Assembly (NCBI GenBank): GCA_963793305.1
Contig: CAWBZV010000014.1
Coordinates: forward strand, 1 to 64,000
Direction of reading: 5' to 3'
Length of the DNA: 64,000 nucleotides
DNA from: an uncultured Gemmatimonadales bacterium
Lineage (GTDB): Bacteria > Gemmatimonadota > Gemmatimonadetes > Gemmatimonadales > Gemmatimonadaceae
The notes under the pieces were generated by a model. That model was not told the origin of the DNA and ran no database searches. It worked only from the letters and a program-made list of their open reading frames with translations. The translations under genes were made by a program, and so were the position numbers. Numbering within the stretch: position 1 is the stretch's first letter; every line of letters begins with the position of its first letter. Positions 30,915-40,322 of this stretch are shown piece by piece.

Positions 30915-32696
30915 TTACTTCGCCGGCGAGTCGAGCGAGAAGACGGTCAACACGCCACCCTGCGTCGTGAACGATCCGGCATCACCGAAGGCGCCCAACG
31001 CGCCCAAGCCGGCCGTCGGATCTTCGGCGCCAATGCCCGCCGCCACGCCGATCCCGGCCCAGCCGCCGATGCCGGACAGAACGGCCACGTACTGCTTGCC
31101 GTCCGGCCCCACATACGTCATCGGATTCCCGATAATCCCCGACGGTGTCTTGAACTCCCACAGGAGCTTGCCCGTCTTCTGATCGACGGCCTTGAGCCAC
31201 CCTTCCATCGTCCCGTAGAAGACGAGATCACCGGCCGTCGCCAGCGCCCCACCGTAGGCGGCTAGGTTCTCCTTATCCGACCACATGATCTTCCCCTGCA
31301 TCGGATCCCAGGCGATGAACGCCCCCCGATTGCCGCCGGGGCCCGGGAACATCCGCACGATCGCGCCGACATACGGCTGACCCGCCGCGTACTTCACCTC
31401 GACGCCCTCGTAGTCCATGCAGATGTTGTTCGTCGGCACGTAGTTCCAGCCCGTCTTTGGGCTATACGCCGACGGCTGCTGATCCTTGAACCCGATCGCC
31501 GCCGGGCAGATCCCCTCGGTGTTCCCCTTGGCGGTGGTCCGCTTGCTCGCGTCTTCCACCGGCCGACCCGTCGTCAGATCGATCGACTTGGCCCAGTTCA
31601 CCGGCCCGAACGCGTTGGCGACCAACACCTTCCCGTTCGTCCGATCGAGCGTGTAGCCGAACCCGTTCCGGTCGAAGTGGGTCAGGATCTTCTTCCCGTC
31701 CTTCGTATCGATCAGCACCATCTCGTTGACGCCGTCATAGTCCCACGCGTCGTGCGGCGTCATCTGGTAGACCCACTTCACTTCCCCCGTCTCCGGGTTG
31801 CGGGCCCAGATCGTCATCGACCACTTGTTGTCGCCCGGCCGCTGGTCGGGGTTCCACGTCCCGGGGTTGCCCGAGCCGTAGTAGAAGAGGTTCAGCTTCG
31901 GGTCATACGAGTACCAGCCCCAGGTCGTCCCGCCCCCGTGCTGCCACTCATCGCCCTGCCACGTCGAGACGCCCAGGTCCTTCCCCTGCATCGACGGATA
32001 GTTCGCGTTCGGCGTGCCCGTGATCTTCACATCCGCATCCGGCCCCGTCGAGTAGGCGCGCCACACCTCGTGGCCGTCCATGGCGTCGAAGGCCGTGACC
32101 CGGCCCCTAACCCCGAACTCGCCGCCCGAGATCCCCGTGATGACGACGTTCTTCACCACGAGCGGGGCGTTGGTCATCGTCTCGCCCTTGTGGAAATCGG
32201 CCGACTTGACCTGGAAGATCTTCTTGCCGGTCTTGGCGTCGAGGGCGAGTAAGTCGCCCTGCAGGAGCTCGATGTAGAGCTTGCCCGAGGGGTGATAGGC
32301 GAGCCCGCGGTTCACCACGTCGCAGCAGGCGATCGGGATGACGTTGGCGTCCTGTTCGGGCGTGTACTGCCAGATCTGGGGCGCGCCGGGCTTGGAGAGA
32401 TCCAGCGCGTAGACCTTGTTCGGGAACGACGAGTGCAGGTACATGACGCTGCCAATGACGAGGGGGTTGCCCTCGTGTCCGCGCAGCGTCCCGGTCGAGA
32501 AGCTCCACGCGGCGTGGAGGTGCGCCACGTTCGTGGCGTTGATCTGCGTCAGTGGGCTGTAGCGCTGCAGGTCGTACGTCCGACCTGTCATCACCCACTG
32601 GTTCGCGTTCTCCGACATGGATTCCAGCGAGCCTTCTTGCGCGCTCGCCGTTGCCGCGAGAACTACTCCGGCGAAAACGATCGACGTGTATCGCAT
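30915..32696 (-). CDS. xoxF: Lanthanide-dependent PQQ methanol dehydrogenase (XoxF type)
   Basis: RYSPL.QIN, FSTG.LRGHEG, ACCDVVNRG, SGGEFGVRG, WDYDGVNE (extra Asp), GKQYVAVLSGIGGW; signal peptide. Confidence 0.92.
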   Translation of the reverse strand: MRYTSIVFAGVVLAATASAQEGSLESMSENANQWVMTGRTYDLQRYSPLTQINATNVAHLHAAWSFSTGTLRGHEGNPLVIGSVMYLHSSFPNKVYALDLSKPGAPQIWQYTPEQDANVIPIACCDVVNRGLAYHPSGKLYIELLQGDLLALDAKTGKKIFQVKSADFHKGETMTNAPLVVKNVVITGISGGEFGVRGRVTAFDAMDGHEVWRAYSTGPDADVKITGTPNANYPSMQGKDLGVSTWQGDEWQHGGGTTWGWYSYDPKLNLFYYGSGNPGTWNPDQRPGDNKWSMTIWARNPETGEVKWVYQMTPHDAWDYDGVNEMVLIDTKDGKKILTHFDRNGFGYTLDRTNGKVLVANAFGPVNWAKSIDLTTGRPVEDASKRTTAKGNTEGICPAAIGFKDQQPSAYSPKTGWNYVPTNNICMDYEGVEVKYAAGQPYVGAIVRMFPGPGGNRGAFIAWDPMQGKIMWSDKENLAAYGGALATAGDLVFYGTMEGWLKAVDQKTGKLLWEFKTPSGIIGNPMTYVGPDGKQYVAVLSGIGGWAGIGVAAGIGAEDPTAGLGALGAFGDAGSFTTQGGVLTVFSLDSPAK

Positions 32697-32805
32697 GATT
32701 GTGCCGGCCCTCCTGTGGTTGTGGGAACGGTTCGCGCGTCTATGTAATAGCGCCGTTTCGGGTTACGCAATCGCGATCTCTCTATTGTCGCGAGCGTGAA
32801 TCGCA

Positions 32806-32821
32806 TGTGACGTCTATCACT
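32806..32821. promoter_or_regulatory. CRP/FNR-family-like site
   Basis: TGTGA-cgtcta-TCACT, 9/10 match to TGTGA-N6-TCACA. Confidence 0.5.
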
Positions 32822-32857
32822 GCATTCGGTCATTGTGCCCACACATCTTCACTGCGA

Positions 32858-33178
32858 ATGGCGACAACACTTTTGACAGAGTTACCGGCGGCAGTCCTCG
32901 AGGCGCTCGCCAATGTAGTTGGCGAAGAGCCATGTCCCTTGAGGCCGCTCACGGTGGCGCGGTCGCCATTGCCAGGGCTGGGGCCGTTTGCGCGCCTCCG
33001 ACTCGAAGTGCGATTGCATCTGTTGCACGCGCGGCAAACCGGGCTCGACGAAAGCGCGGCCCGTTGTGCGCTCCTACGCGCGGTCGACGCAGTCATGCCG
33101 TCGTGGACGCCCGAATGGAGCACGCATCTGCTGCGTGAAGAAGTCCATCGCTGGTGCGCAGAAGCGTACGCTGACTGA
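32858..33178 (+). CDS. Small helical hypothetical protein
   Basis: Ends V.RWC.EAY, resembling 39907..40233. Confidence 0.55.
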   Translation: MATTLLTELPAAVLEALANVVGEEPCPLRPLTVARSPLPGLGPFARLRLEVRLHLLHARQTGLDESAARCALLRAVDAVMPSWTPEWSTHLLREEVHRWCAEAYAD

Positions 33179-33188
33179 TCTTTTCGGG

Positions 33189-33671
33189 ATGCGCCGGTGC
33201 ATCCCGTTCTTGCTCCTCGCTGCCTGCAGTCGACACGCCAGCGTCAGTCCGGTGCCCGCCAAGACGGCCGCCGTGACCGTTGGCGATTTTCAGTACACCG
33301 CCAGGAATGGCGGCGCCAACGTGTGGGGCCCGTTGGAGGTTCAGGTCACCGTAACGGCAACCAACGCCGCCGACCACACGGCGACGCTCGACGTACTCGG
33401 CGGCAATTGCGCCGTACTGATTCGGATCTTCCGCAAGTCCGACAGGAGCGACAAACCGCTCTACGACGCGTCGTCGGGTGCCGAGTGCTACGTTAAGCCC
33501 GTGCACGAGCGCTTAGCGCCCCATGCGACGTACACGGCGCAATCGGGTCGTTACGGGCCCGGTATCGATATTCCCTCGGGCCGCTACTACCTGTCGGCGC
33601 TCATCATCCCCGAGGATCGAGAGAAATCGCGCATCGAGATCCCCGCTGGGGAGTTCGTCGTCCGACGGTAG
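33189..33671 (+). CDS. Lipoprotein
   Basis: MRRCIPFLLLAAC lipobox; Ig-like beta pattern with two further Cys. Confidence 0.75.
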   Translation: MRRCIPFLLLAACSRHASVSPVPAKTAAVTVGDFQYTARNGGANVWGPLEVQVTVTATNAADHTATLDVLGGNCAVLIRIFRKSDRSDKPLYDASSGAECYVKPVHERLAPHATYTAQSGRYGPGIDIPSGRYYLSALIIPEDREKSRIEIPAGEFVVRR

Positions 33672-33710
33672 CCTTGCGACGGACCCCGATCGGGGGTTTC
33701 TTATCGCGCC

Positions 33711-34952
33711 ATGGATGCGCCTTCATCCATCGCGCATCTCCCGTTCCTCGAGGCCCTCGCCGGGATGACGGAGACGTCCCCCCAGTGGCTACGGACACTG
33801 GCGGGATTCTTGACGCTCCGGTTCGTCGAGAAGTGGGCCGATACCACTGACGGCGCACCGGCGCCGCTGCTCAAAGAAATCAACGCGGTGCACCGCGCGG
33901 TCGATGCCGTCGATGATGCACGGGTCCGCGACCTCCTCGACGACATCATCACGGCGACCACGCGATCCTGGGGTAGGCGCTCCCCGGCGGTGACGGCGGC
34001 CGTGCTGAGTTACGCGCAGCATTTGCGCGAGCTCGAGTCCTGGGCCCTCGCCGCTGACGCGTTCGACACGTTCGTCCGGCACGCGCTCACCAGCGAGGAA
34101 CGCCAGTTCGTGCCGATCGCCTACGTGCGACTCGGTGCGTGCCAGCGCGTGGCGGGCGACAGCGATGCGGCGCTGGCGGCGTACGAGGCGGGCGGCGAGT
34201 GCGCCGAGCGCGCCGGCGACATCCAGACCGCGCTCATGGCGCGCCTCGGCGCCGCGCACGTCATGAAAGACCGTGGCAACTATCCGGCGGCCGAGCAGAT
34301 GCTGGACGACGTCATCGCCAGGGCGACGGGCGTCGAGGAGCTGACCGACGTCCTGGCGCGGGCGAAGCACGACCGGGGCGTCGTGGCCACTGACCGTGGC
34401 GACACGGAGTTCGCGGTCACGCTCTACTACGAAGCGCTCAACGCTTACAAGGACGAGCGCGGCCGCCAGCGCGTGCTCGTCGACATCGCCTACAACCTGA
34501 CAGCCCTCGGTCTCGTCGATGCGGCGCGCGACGCATTCCGCGCGCTCTACGCGTCAGCGACCGAGGCCTACGGTCGCGCGATCGCCGCGATCAACCTCAT
34601 GTACCTGGCGCAACTCGGTTGCCGCGAGCTCGAGTTCGAGCACTACCGGCGCGAGCTCGCGCTCGCCGGGCTGCCGCCGCGCGGCGCCGCGCACTATTTC
34701 CTGTACGCGGGCGAAGGGCTCCGGCGGTTCGGTCGAAACGAGGCGGCGCGCGTCTCCTACGGGAGAGCCATCGAGATCGCCGCTCGGCACAAATTCAACG
34801 TGATCCTGCTCCAGGCCGATGGGGCGCTCGATGCCATGCGCCGCCACGAGGCGCTGCCGCCGATTCCGATCGCAGACGATCCGGAACCGGCGTCAGTCGC
34901 TCATGTGGTCAAAGCAGTGCGGGCGTTGTGCGAGCAGGCCACCGCTCACTGA
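33711..34952 (+). CDS. Cytoplasmic TPR-like protein, paralogue 1
   Basis: All-helical repeats (AYVRLG..R..GD...A...Y; A.HDRG); no signal peptide. Confidence 0.82.
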   Translation: MDAPSSIAHLPFLEALAGMTETSPQWLRTLAGFLTLRFVEKWADTTDGAPAPLLKEINAVHRAVDAVDDARVRDLLDDIITATTRSWGRRSPAVTAAVLSYAQHLRELESWALAADAFDTFVRHALTSEERQFVPIAYVRLGACQRVAGDSDAALAAYEAGGECAERAGDIQTALMARLGAAHVMKDRGNYPAAEQMLDDVIARATGVEELTDVLARAKHDRGVVATDRGDTEFAVTLYYEALNAYKDERGRQRVLVDIAYNLTALGLVDAARDAFRALYASATEAYGRAIAAINLMYLAQLGCRELEFEHYRRELALAGLPPRGAAHYFLYAGEGLRRFGRNEAARVSYGRAIEIAARHKFNVILLQADGALDAMRRHEALPPIPIADDPEPASVAHVVKAVRALCEQATAH

Positions 34953-35071
34953 TGACAGTGCGTATCGCTGCCCTGACTCATTCCACCGCCGCCGAGGCAC
35001 GCTGACGGCGCGGTTGCGGACGTACAGGCCGTCGCGGCGAGGACGAGCGCGGCCAGAAAAATCCGGCGCAT
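34946..35071 (-). CDS. Unannotated 41-aa secreted lipopeptide precursor MRRIFLAALVLAATACTSATAPSACLGGGGMSQGSDTHCHQ
   Basis: Translated by hand. AGGGGGG RBS, basic N-terminus, hydrophobic core, ATA-C lipobox-like site, TGA at 34948-34946. Confidence 0.8.
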   Translation of the reverse strand: MRRIFLAALVLAATACTSATAPSACLGGGGMSQGSDTHCHQ

Positions 35072-35135
35072 AGAGGCCCCCCTGAATCAAATACGTTCAT
35101 GATCCAGACGGGCTCGGCCATACGTGCGTTACGCG

Positions 35136-35945
35136 CTATTTGGGACCATTTGGTTTGATCTCGAATACGACGGGCCAACGCTTGCCCGTTACGAAAATGC
35201 GGTCGGCCGCGGAGTCGTAGGCAATGCCGTTCGCGACGTTGGCCGAGTCAGCATCGGCGCCAGCTGGCAGGAGACTGCTGATGTCGAGCCATGAATTCAC
35301 CGCGCCCGTATGCGGATTGATGCGCGCGATTTGCGTCGTCTGCCAGACGTTCGCCCAGATCTCCCCTTTGATCCACTCCAGCTCATTGAGCTTGGGAAGA
35401 GGCAGCCCCTGCGCGGTGACGCTCAGCGCATTTTGCACGTGCAGCGTCGCGGGGTCGAGGAAACGCAACACGCTGGTGCCATCGCTCATGATCAGCGACA
35501 CGCTATCGTGCGTGAGCCCCCATCCCTCGCCCGAGTAATTGAACGATGCGCGACGGTTAAAGGTCGCGGTGTCGTAGATGTATCCGACGCCCGTCGTCCA
35601 CGTGAGCTCGTAGAGCCGGCCACGGAAAATCGTGATGCCCTCGCCGAAATACGGCGGAGCCAGCACGTAGCGCCGCAGAATATTCCCGGACGAGAGATCA
35701 TACGAGCGAAAGCCCGATTGGCCGACCAGCCCAGTGGCCTCGTACATGATGCCATCGTGCATCTCGAGGCCCTCGGTAAACGCGTTCGCGTCGTGAGGCC
35801 AGCGATGCACGACGGTGACGCCGTAGGTCGGCACGCCGGACGCCGACGTCGTGTCACCCGCATGCTGTGGAGCCGTCTTCGTCTCGCCGCCGGAGCAGGC
35901 CAGAAGCCAGACCGCCGAGAGGATCAGCGCGAGTCGGGGCGCCAT
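35136..35945 (-). CDS. Glutaminyl-peptide cyclotransferase (plant/bacterial type), lipoprotein
   Basis: PHD..AFTEGL, FGEGIT, ELTW, EGWGLT, SDGT, LNELE, ANVW, NGIAYD, VTGK.W; LLAC lipobox. Confidence 0.92.
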   Translation of the reverse strand: MAPRLALILSAVWLLACSGGETKTAPQHAGDTTSASGVPTYGVTVVHRWPHDANAFTEGLEMHDGIMYEATGLVGQSGFRSYDLSSGNILRRYVLAPPYFGEGITIFRGRLYELTWTTGVGYIYDTATFNRRASFNYSGEGWGLTHDSVSLIMSDGTSVLRFLDPATLHVQNALSVTAQGLPLPKLNELEWIKGEIWANVWQTTQIARINPHTGAVNSWLDISSLLPAGADADSANVANGIAYDSAADRIFVTGKRWPVVFEIKPNGPK

Positions 35946-36901
35946 TCGAGCAGGATGCCGGCGTGGACCAAGCCACCGCCGAAGCCGTAGAGAAGCACCG
36001 TGTCGCCCTCGCGCAGCTTGCCATTGCGTTGGCCGAGCATGAGGGCGAGAGGAATCGTCGCGGCGGAGGTGTTGCCGAAATACTCGATGCTGGACAGCGT
36101 TCTCTCGACCGGAATCCCGACGCGTTCCGAGACGGCTTCCGTGATCCGGAAGTTCGCGCTGTGGGGCACGAACCAGTCGACGGCGTCGGGCGTGAGATTC
36201 CCACGGCGGAGCAATTCGCACACGCCGGCCGAGACGGTTTCGACGGCCCACTTGTAGACTTCGCGCCCATTTTGGCGAATGACATTCCGCTTGGTGTCGT
36301 CCTGGGCGGCGATGCGGGTGGAGAGCCCCGTACGGTACAACAAGCCTCCGCCGCTGCCATCGGAACCAACGATCGTCGCGTGTACCGTCGGCCGATCCGA
36401 CGGCTCCACGAGTGCCGCGCCGGCCCCGTCACCGAACAGAATACAGGTCGAGCGCTCGGTGTAATCCGTGACTTTCGTGAGCGTCTCGCCGCTCAGCACG
36501 AGCACTTTCTGTTGGACCCCGGACGCCACCAGACCGTGCGCCAGGTGCAGGCCATATGCGAATCCCGCGCAGGTCGCATTGATGTCGATCGCGCCGGCGC
36601 CGACGATGCCGAGACGGTCTTGCACCTGTGAGGCGACGCTCGGGAACGCGTAGTCCGGGGTGGTCGTGCTCAGAATCACGAAATCGACGCCGCCCAAGTC
36701 GAGCCCTCGCGCGGCGGCCGTGCACATATCGGACGTAAATTCATCGTCGCGGGTCGCGCGACGTTCGCGAATACCCGTCCGCCGCACGATCCACTCATCA
36801 TTCGTGTCGACGAGGCGGGACAGCTCGGCGTTCGTGATCACGCGCTCCGGCACGTAGGTGCCGAGCGCGGTCAGACGGGTTCCGCGCAGTTCAGGCATCA
36901 C
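35924..36901 (-). CDS. fabH: Beta-ketoacyl-ACP synthase III (FabH family)
   Basis: RTGIRERR, ATCAGF, FGDGAGA, PHSAN, GNTSAA, FGGG. Confidence 0.9.
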   Translation of the reverse strand: MMPELRGTRLTALGTYVPERVITNAELSRLVDTNDEWIVRRTGIRERRATRDDEFTSDMCTAAARGLDLGGVDFVILSTTTPDYAFPSVASQVQDRLGIVGAGAIDINATCAGFAYGLHLAHGLVASGVQQKVLVLSGETLTKVTDYTERSTCILFGDGAGAALVEPSDRPTVHATIVGSDGSGGGLLYRTGLSTRIAAQDDTKRNVIRQNGREVYKWAVETVSAGVCELLRRGNLTPDAVDWFVPHSANFRITEAVSERVGIPVERTLSSIEYFGNTSAATIPLALMLGQRNGKLREGDTVLLYGFGGGLVHAGILLEWRPDSR

Positions 36902-38145
36902 TGAGTAGTAACATGATCGAGTTGCTGGATTGTCGCAGTCGACGCCGGCCGTTCGCGCCTGAGCCGTTGCGACACAGCCTCGGCTTGGGCGAACGCCCGC
37001 AGCAGATTGTCCCCGGCCAATTTACGCAGGTCGGCTTCCGTCCAGCCTCGCCGAGCCAATTCGGCGAAGAGATCCGGGAACTTCGAGACATCCTCGAGCC
37101 CGACGACCACATCCGTGATGCCATCAAAGTCGCTGCCGATGCCGACGTGATCCACGCCGGCGACCTGGCGGACGTGATCGATGACATCGGCAACGTCTTT
37201 TAGCGTCGCTTTGGGCGTCGGGTGCGCTGCGTTCCAGGTCGCCAGCTCTTTCGCGCGGCCGGCACTATCCGCAGGATAGCGGCGCTTGAGGTCCGCCGTG
37301 AACGCGTCCTGCGCCGAGTCGTGCTCCCACACGGCCTTGGAGACGAACGATGTCACGAATGGGACCATGACGACACCGCCGTTCGCGGGGACGCGGCGCA
37401 GAATAGAATCGGGGACGTTGCGCCGGTGATTCACCAGAGCGCGGGCGCCGGAGTGCGAGAAGATGACCGGAGCCTCGCTCGTCGTGAGGGCGTCACTCAT
37501 CACGCCCGGCGATACGTGGGCCAAGTCGACCAGCATGCCGAGACGGTTCATCTCGCGCACGACTTCTTTGCCGAAGGGCGTGAGGCCGCCGTGCTTGGCC
37601 GTGTCGAGCGCGGCATCGGCCCAGTCGAGCGTGACGTTGTGCGTCAGCGTCATGTAGCGCACGCCGAGGTCGTAATACGCGCGCAGAGCCCCCAAGGAGT
37701 TCTCGATCGCATGGCCACCTTCCATGCCCATCAAGGATGCGATCTTATGCTCCTGGAACGCCCGGCGAATATCGGCGGTGCCCGTGGCGAATTCGAGACG
37801 CTGCGGATACTTGGCGATCATGCGCCGGGCGATATCGATTTGCTCGAGCTGGACGCGCGCGTAGCCGGAATCCTTGATCTCGCCCGGGATATACACGGAC
37901 CAGAACTGGGCGCCGACCATGCCCTTGTCGAGTCGGGCGAGGTCAGTCATTCTGGGCGTCGGCTTCCGCAGATCGTACGCCTCGACATCCCGACCCGCGT
38001 TCTCGCGGATTGTCCATGGGAGGTCGTTGTGACCGTCGATCAGCGGCGTCTCGCGCAGGACTTTCTCGGCGAGCGCGTGGTATTGGTCGGTCTGAGCCTG
38101 TAGGCCCTGAGCAAGCAGGACGACAAGAGGCAGTATGAATCGCAT
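36898..38145 (-). CDS. Membrane (renal-type) dipeptidase, family M19
   Basis: IDGHNDL, GMEGGH, TLTH, FSHS, GIGSDFDG; signal peptide. Confidence 0.92.
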   Translation of the reverse strand: MRFILPLVVLLAQGLQAQTDQYHALAEKVLRETPLIDGHNDLPWTIRENAGRDVEAYDLRKPTPRMTDLARLDKGMVGAQFWSVYIPGEIKDSGYARVQLEQIDIARRMIAKYPQRLEFATGTADIRRAFQEHKIASLMGMEGGHAIENSLGALRAYYDLGVRYMTLTHNVTLDWADAALDTAKHGGLTPFGKEVVREMNRLGMLVDLAHVSPGVMSDALTTSEAPVIFSHSGARALVNHRRNVPDSILRRVPANGGVVMVPFVTSFVSKAVWEHDSAQDAFTADLKRRYPADSAGRAKELATWNAAHPTPKATLKDVADVIDHVRQVAGVDHVGIGSDFDGITDVVVGLEDVSKFPDLFAELARRGWTEADLRKLAGDNLLRAFAQAEAVSQRLRRERPASTATIQQLDHVTTQ

Positions 38146-38169
38146 AGTCAGTGAAGATATACTATTGGC

Positions 38170-39369
38170 ATGCTGATCTCACTCTTGATCGCCGCTGCGG
38201 CGGCTCCGTGCGACACATCCCTTACGCTGCCGACGGGATTTTGCGCGACGATATTCGCGGACAGCATCCAAGGGCCAAGGCACGTCGTGGTTGCGCCAAA
38301 TGGTACGGTCTACGTGACCGTCACCTCGGGGGTCGTGGCGCTCAAGGATACCAAAGGCGCCGGTCGGGCCGATGCGATGGCCCATGTTGGGGATATCGGT
38401 GGCACCGGCATCGCGATTCATGCTGGCTACCTGTATGTCGACCTGAAGAGCGCGATCGTTCGGTACCGGCTGACGGACGATCTGGCGCCGGCGGGTGCGC
38501 CGGACACGATCGTGCGCGATTTGCCGACGGGTGGACACGGGTCGCGGAACATTGCGTTCGATCGGGCCGGGATGCTCTACGTGAACGTGGGGTCGCGGAC
38601 GAATTCGTGTCAGTCCGCGGACCGGCAAACCCAATCGCCCGGGATCGATCCGTGCACCGAGCTCGATACGAGGGCGGGGATCTGGCGTTTCCAGTCGGCG
38701 AAGCCGAATCAGACCCCGGCGACCGGTGAGCACGTCGTGACGGGCATCCGCAACGCCATGGGCCTCGCGCTCAATCCGATGGACGGGAAGATGTACGCGA
38801 CGCAGCATGGTCGCGATCAGCTCGCCCAGAATTGGTCGGCGTTGTACACGCAAGCGGATGGGGATGAGAATCCCGCCGAGGAGTTCGTCCGGTTCGCCGA
38901 TCACGACGATTTCGGGTGGCCGTACTGCTACTACGACAACCGGTACAAGAAGCTCGTGTTGGCGCCCGAGTATGGCGGCGACGGCGGGCACAAGATCGAC
39001 CGGTGCGCGCAGAAACAGGAGCCGCTGGTCGCGTTTCCGGGGCACTGGGCGCCGATGTCCTTGCTCTTCTACGACGGCAACAAGTTTCCCGCGAAGTATC
39101 GGGGCGGAGCATTTATCGCGTTCCACGGCTCGTGGAATCGTGCGCCGGATCCGCAGGCGGGCTATCGCGTCGTCTTTGTTCCGTTCGCCAAGGGCAATCC
39201 GTCGGGTGACTACGAGACGTTTGCGATCGGGTTCTCCGGCAAGGATCCGCTCTTCGTCCCGACTGATGCCGCCCATCGCCCCTGTGGACTCGCCGAAGGT
39301 CCGGACGGCGCTCTCTACATCACGGACGATCTCCACGGACGCATCTGGCGCGTAGTGTGGAAGGGATAA
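38170..39369 (+). CDS. Glucose/sorbosone dehydrogenase family (PQQ beta-propeller)
   Basis: GIRNAMG, HGRDQL, FGWPYC, HWAP, HGSWNR, RP.G.A.GPDG.LY..DD. Confidence 0.88.
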   Translation: MLISLLIAAAAAPCDTSLTLPTGFCATIFADSIQGPRHVVVAPNGTVYVTVTSGVVALKDTKGAGRADAMAHVGDIGGTGIAIHAGYLYVDLKSAIVRYRLTDDLAPAGAPDTIVRDLPTGGHGSRNIAFDRAGMLYVNVGSRTNSCQSADRQTQSPGIDPCTELDTRAGIWRFQSAKPNQTPATGEHVVTGIRNAMGLALNPMDGKMYATQHGRDQLAQNWSALYTQADGDENPAEEFVRFADHDDFGWPYCYYDNRYKKLVLAPEYGGDGGHKIDRCAQKQEPLVAFPGHWAPMSLLFYDGNKFPAKYRGGAFIAFHGSWNRAPDPQAGYRVVFVPFAKGNPSGDYETFAIGFSGKDPLFVPTDAAHRPCGLAEGPDGALYITDDLHGRIWRVVWKG

Positions 39370-39956
39370 AGAGACGGCCGACGCGCGCCGAGCTGCTCGC
39401 GTCGGCCGGGAAGACCATCCCGAATCTGGTGGCGCCGGGACTCCGCATCCTATTCGTGGGGATCAATCCGGGTCTCTACACCGCGTGGTCCGGACATTAT
39501 TTTGCCAAGCCCGGCAACCGTTTTTGGCCGGCGTTGTACGCATCCGGACTGACGCCGCGGCTCTTGGATCCGAGCGAGGAGCAAGAGCTCCTGGCGCTGG
39601 GCATCGGCATCACTGGATTCGTGCGCCGCGCGACAGCGACGGCGGCCGAGCTCACGGACGATGAGTATCGAGCGGGAGGTCGTCGCCTGCACGCGCTCGT
39701 GAGGAAAATCAAACCACGTTGTGTGGTGACGCTCGGTATCACGGCGTATCGTATCGCGTTCGATGCCGCTCATGCCCAACTGGGACGTCAACCGGAGGGA
39801 TTCGAAGGGGCCCAGCTATGGGTGCTACCGAATCCGAGTGGGCTCAACGCCCACTTTCAGGCGGCAGACTACGCGCGATTGTTTCGCGAAGTCGGCGAAT
39901 CGTGCGTCAATCCGCGCGGAAGTAGGCGCGGAAGCATCTCCGCTCGACGTGCATGA
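39357..39956 (+). CDS. mug: G/U mismatch-specific DNA glycosylase
   Basis: GINPG, NRFW, LPNPSGLN. Confidence 0.9.
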   Translation: MEGIKRRPTRAELLASAGKTIPNLVAPGLRILFVGINPGLYTAWSGHYFAKPGNRFWPALYASGLTPRLLDPSEEQELLALGIGITGFVRRATATAAELTDDEYRAGGRRLHALVRKIKPRCVVTLGITAYRIAFDAAHAQLGRQPEGFEGAQLWVLPNPSGLNAHFQAADYARLFREVGESCVNPRGSRRGSISARRA

Positions 39957-40233
39957 CGAACATCTCGGGGTCGATCCAATCGGGATGATGCATCACGCGC
40001 TCGGCCTCCGCGGCCCGTCGCGACATGTCGCGCACGTGGACAATCGCGTGCTCGGGTCGTCCACCTTCACGCTTCAAGTGCGACACGTACGCACCCATCG
40101 CCGTATCGATCGTCGGCAACGCGTCGGCGGGTTGTCTCACGGCGCCCGCGAGAGCCACCGCCAGTCGGTCGAGCAGCGTATTGCGCGTCAACCGCGAAAG
40201 TGGTTCATCGCTGACCAGCGGGTCCGTCGACAT
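39907..40233 (-). CDS. Small helical hypothetical protein
   Basis: LK.EG..PE motif and C-terminal C..AYF. Confidence 0.6.
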   Translation of the reverse strand: MSTDPLVSDEPLSRLTRNTLLDRLAVALAGAVRQPADALPTIDTAMGAYVSHLKREGGRPEHAIVHVRDMSRRAAEAERVMHHPDWIDPEMFVMHVERRCFRAYFRAD

Positions 40234-40322
40234 GCCCGCCGGAGGTGCAAGAGAAAGGCCCTGGATTGGGCCTCAAGATCTCAGCGCCCCGGGTGGTTCT
40301 GTGGCGCATATGCTACAGGCCT

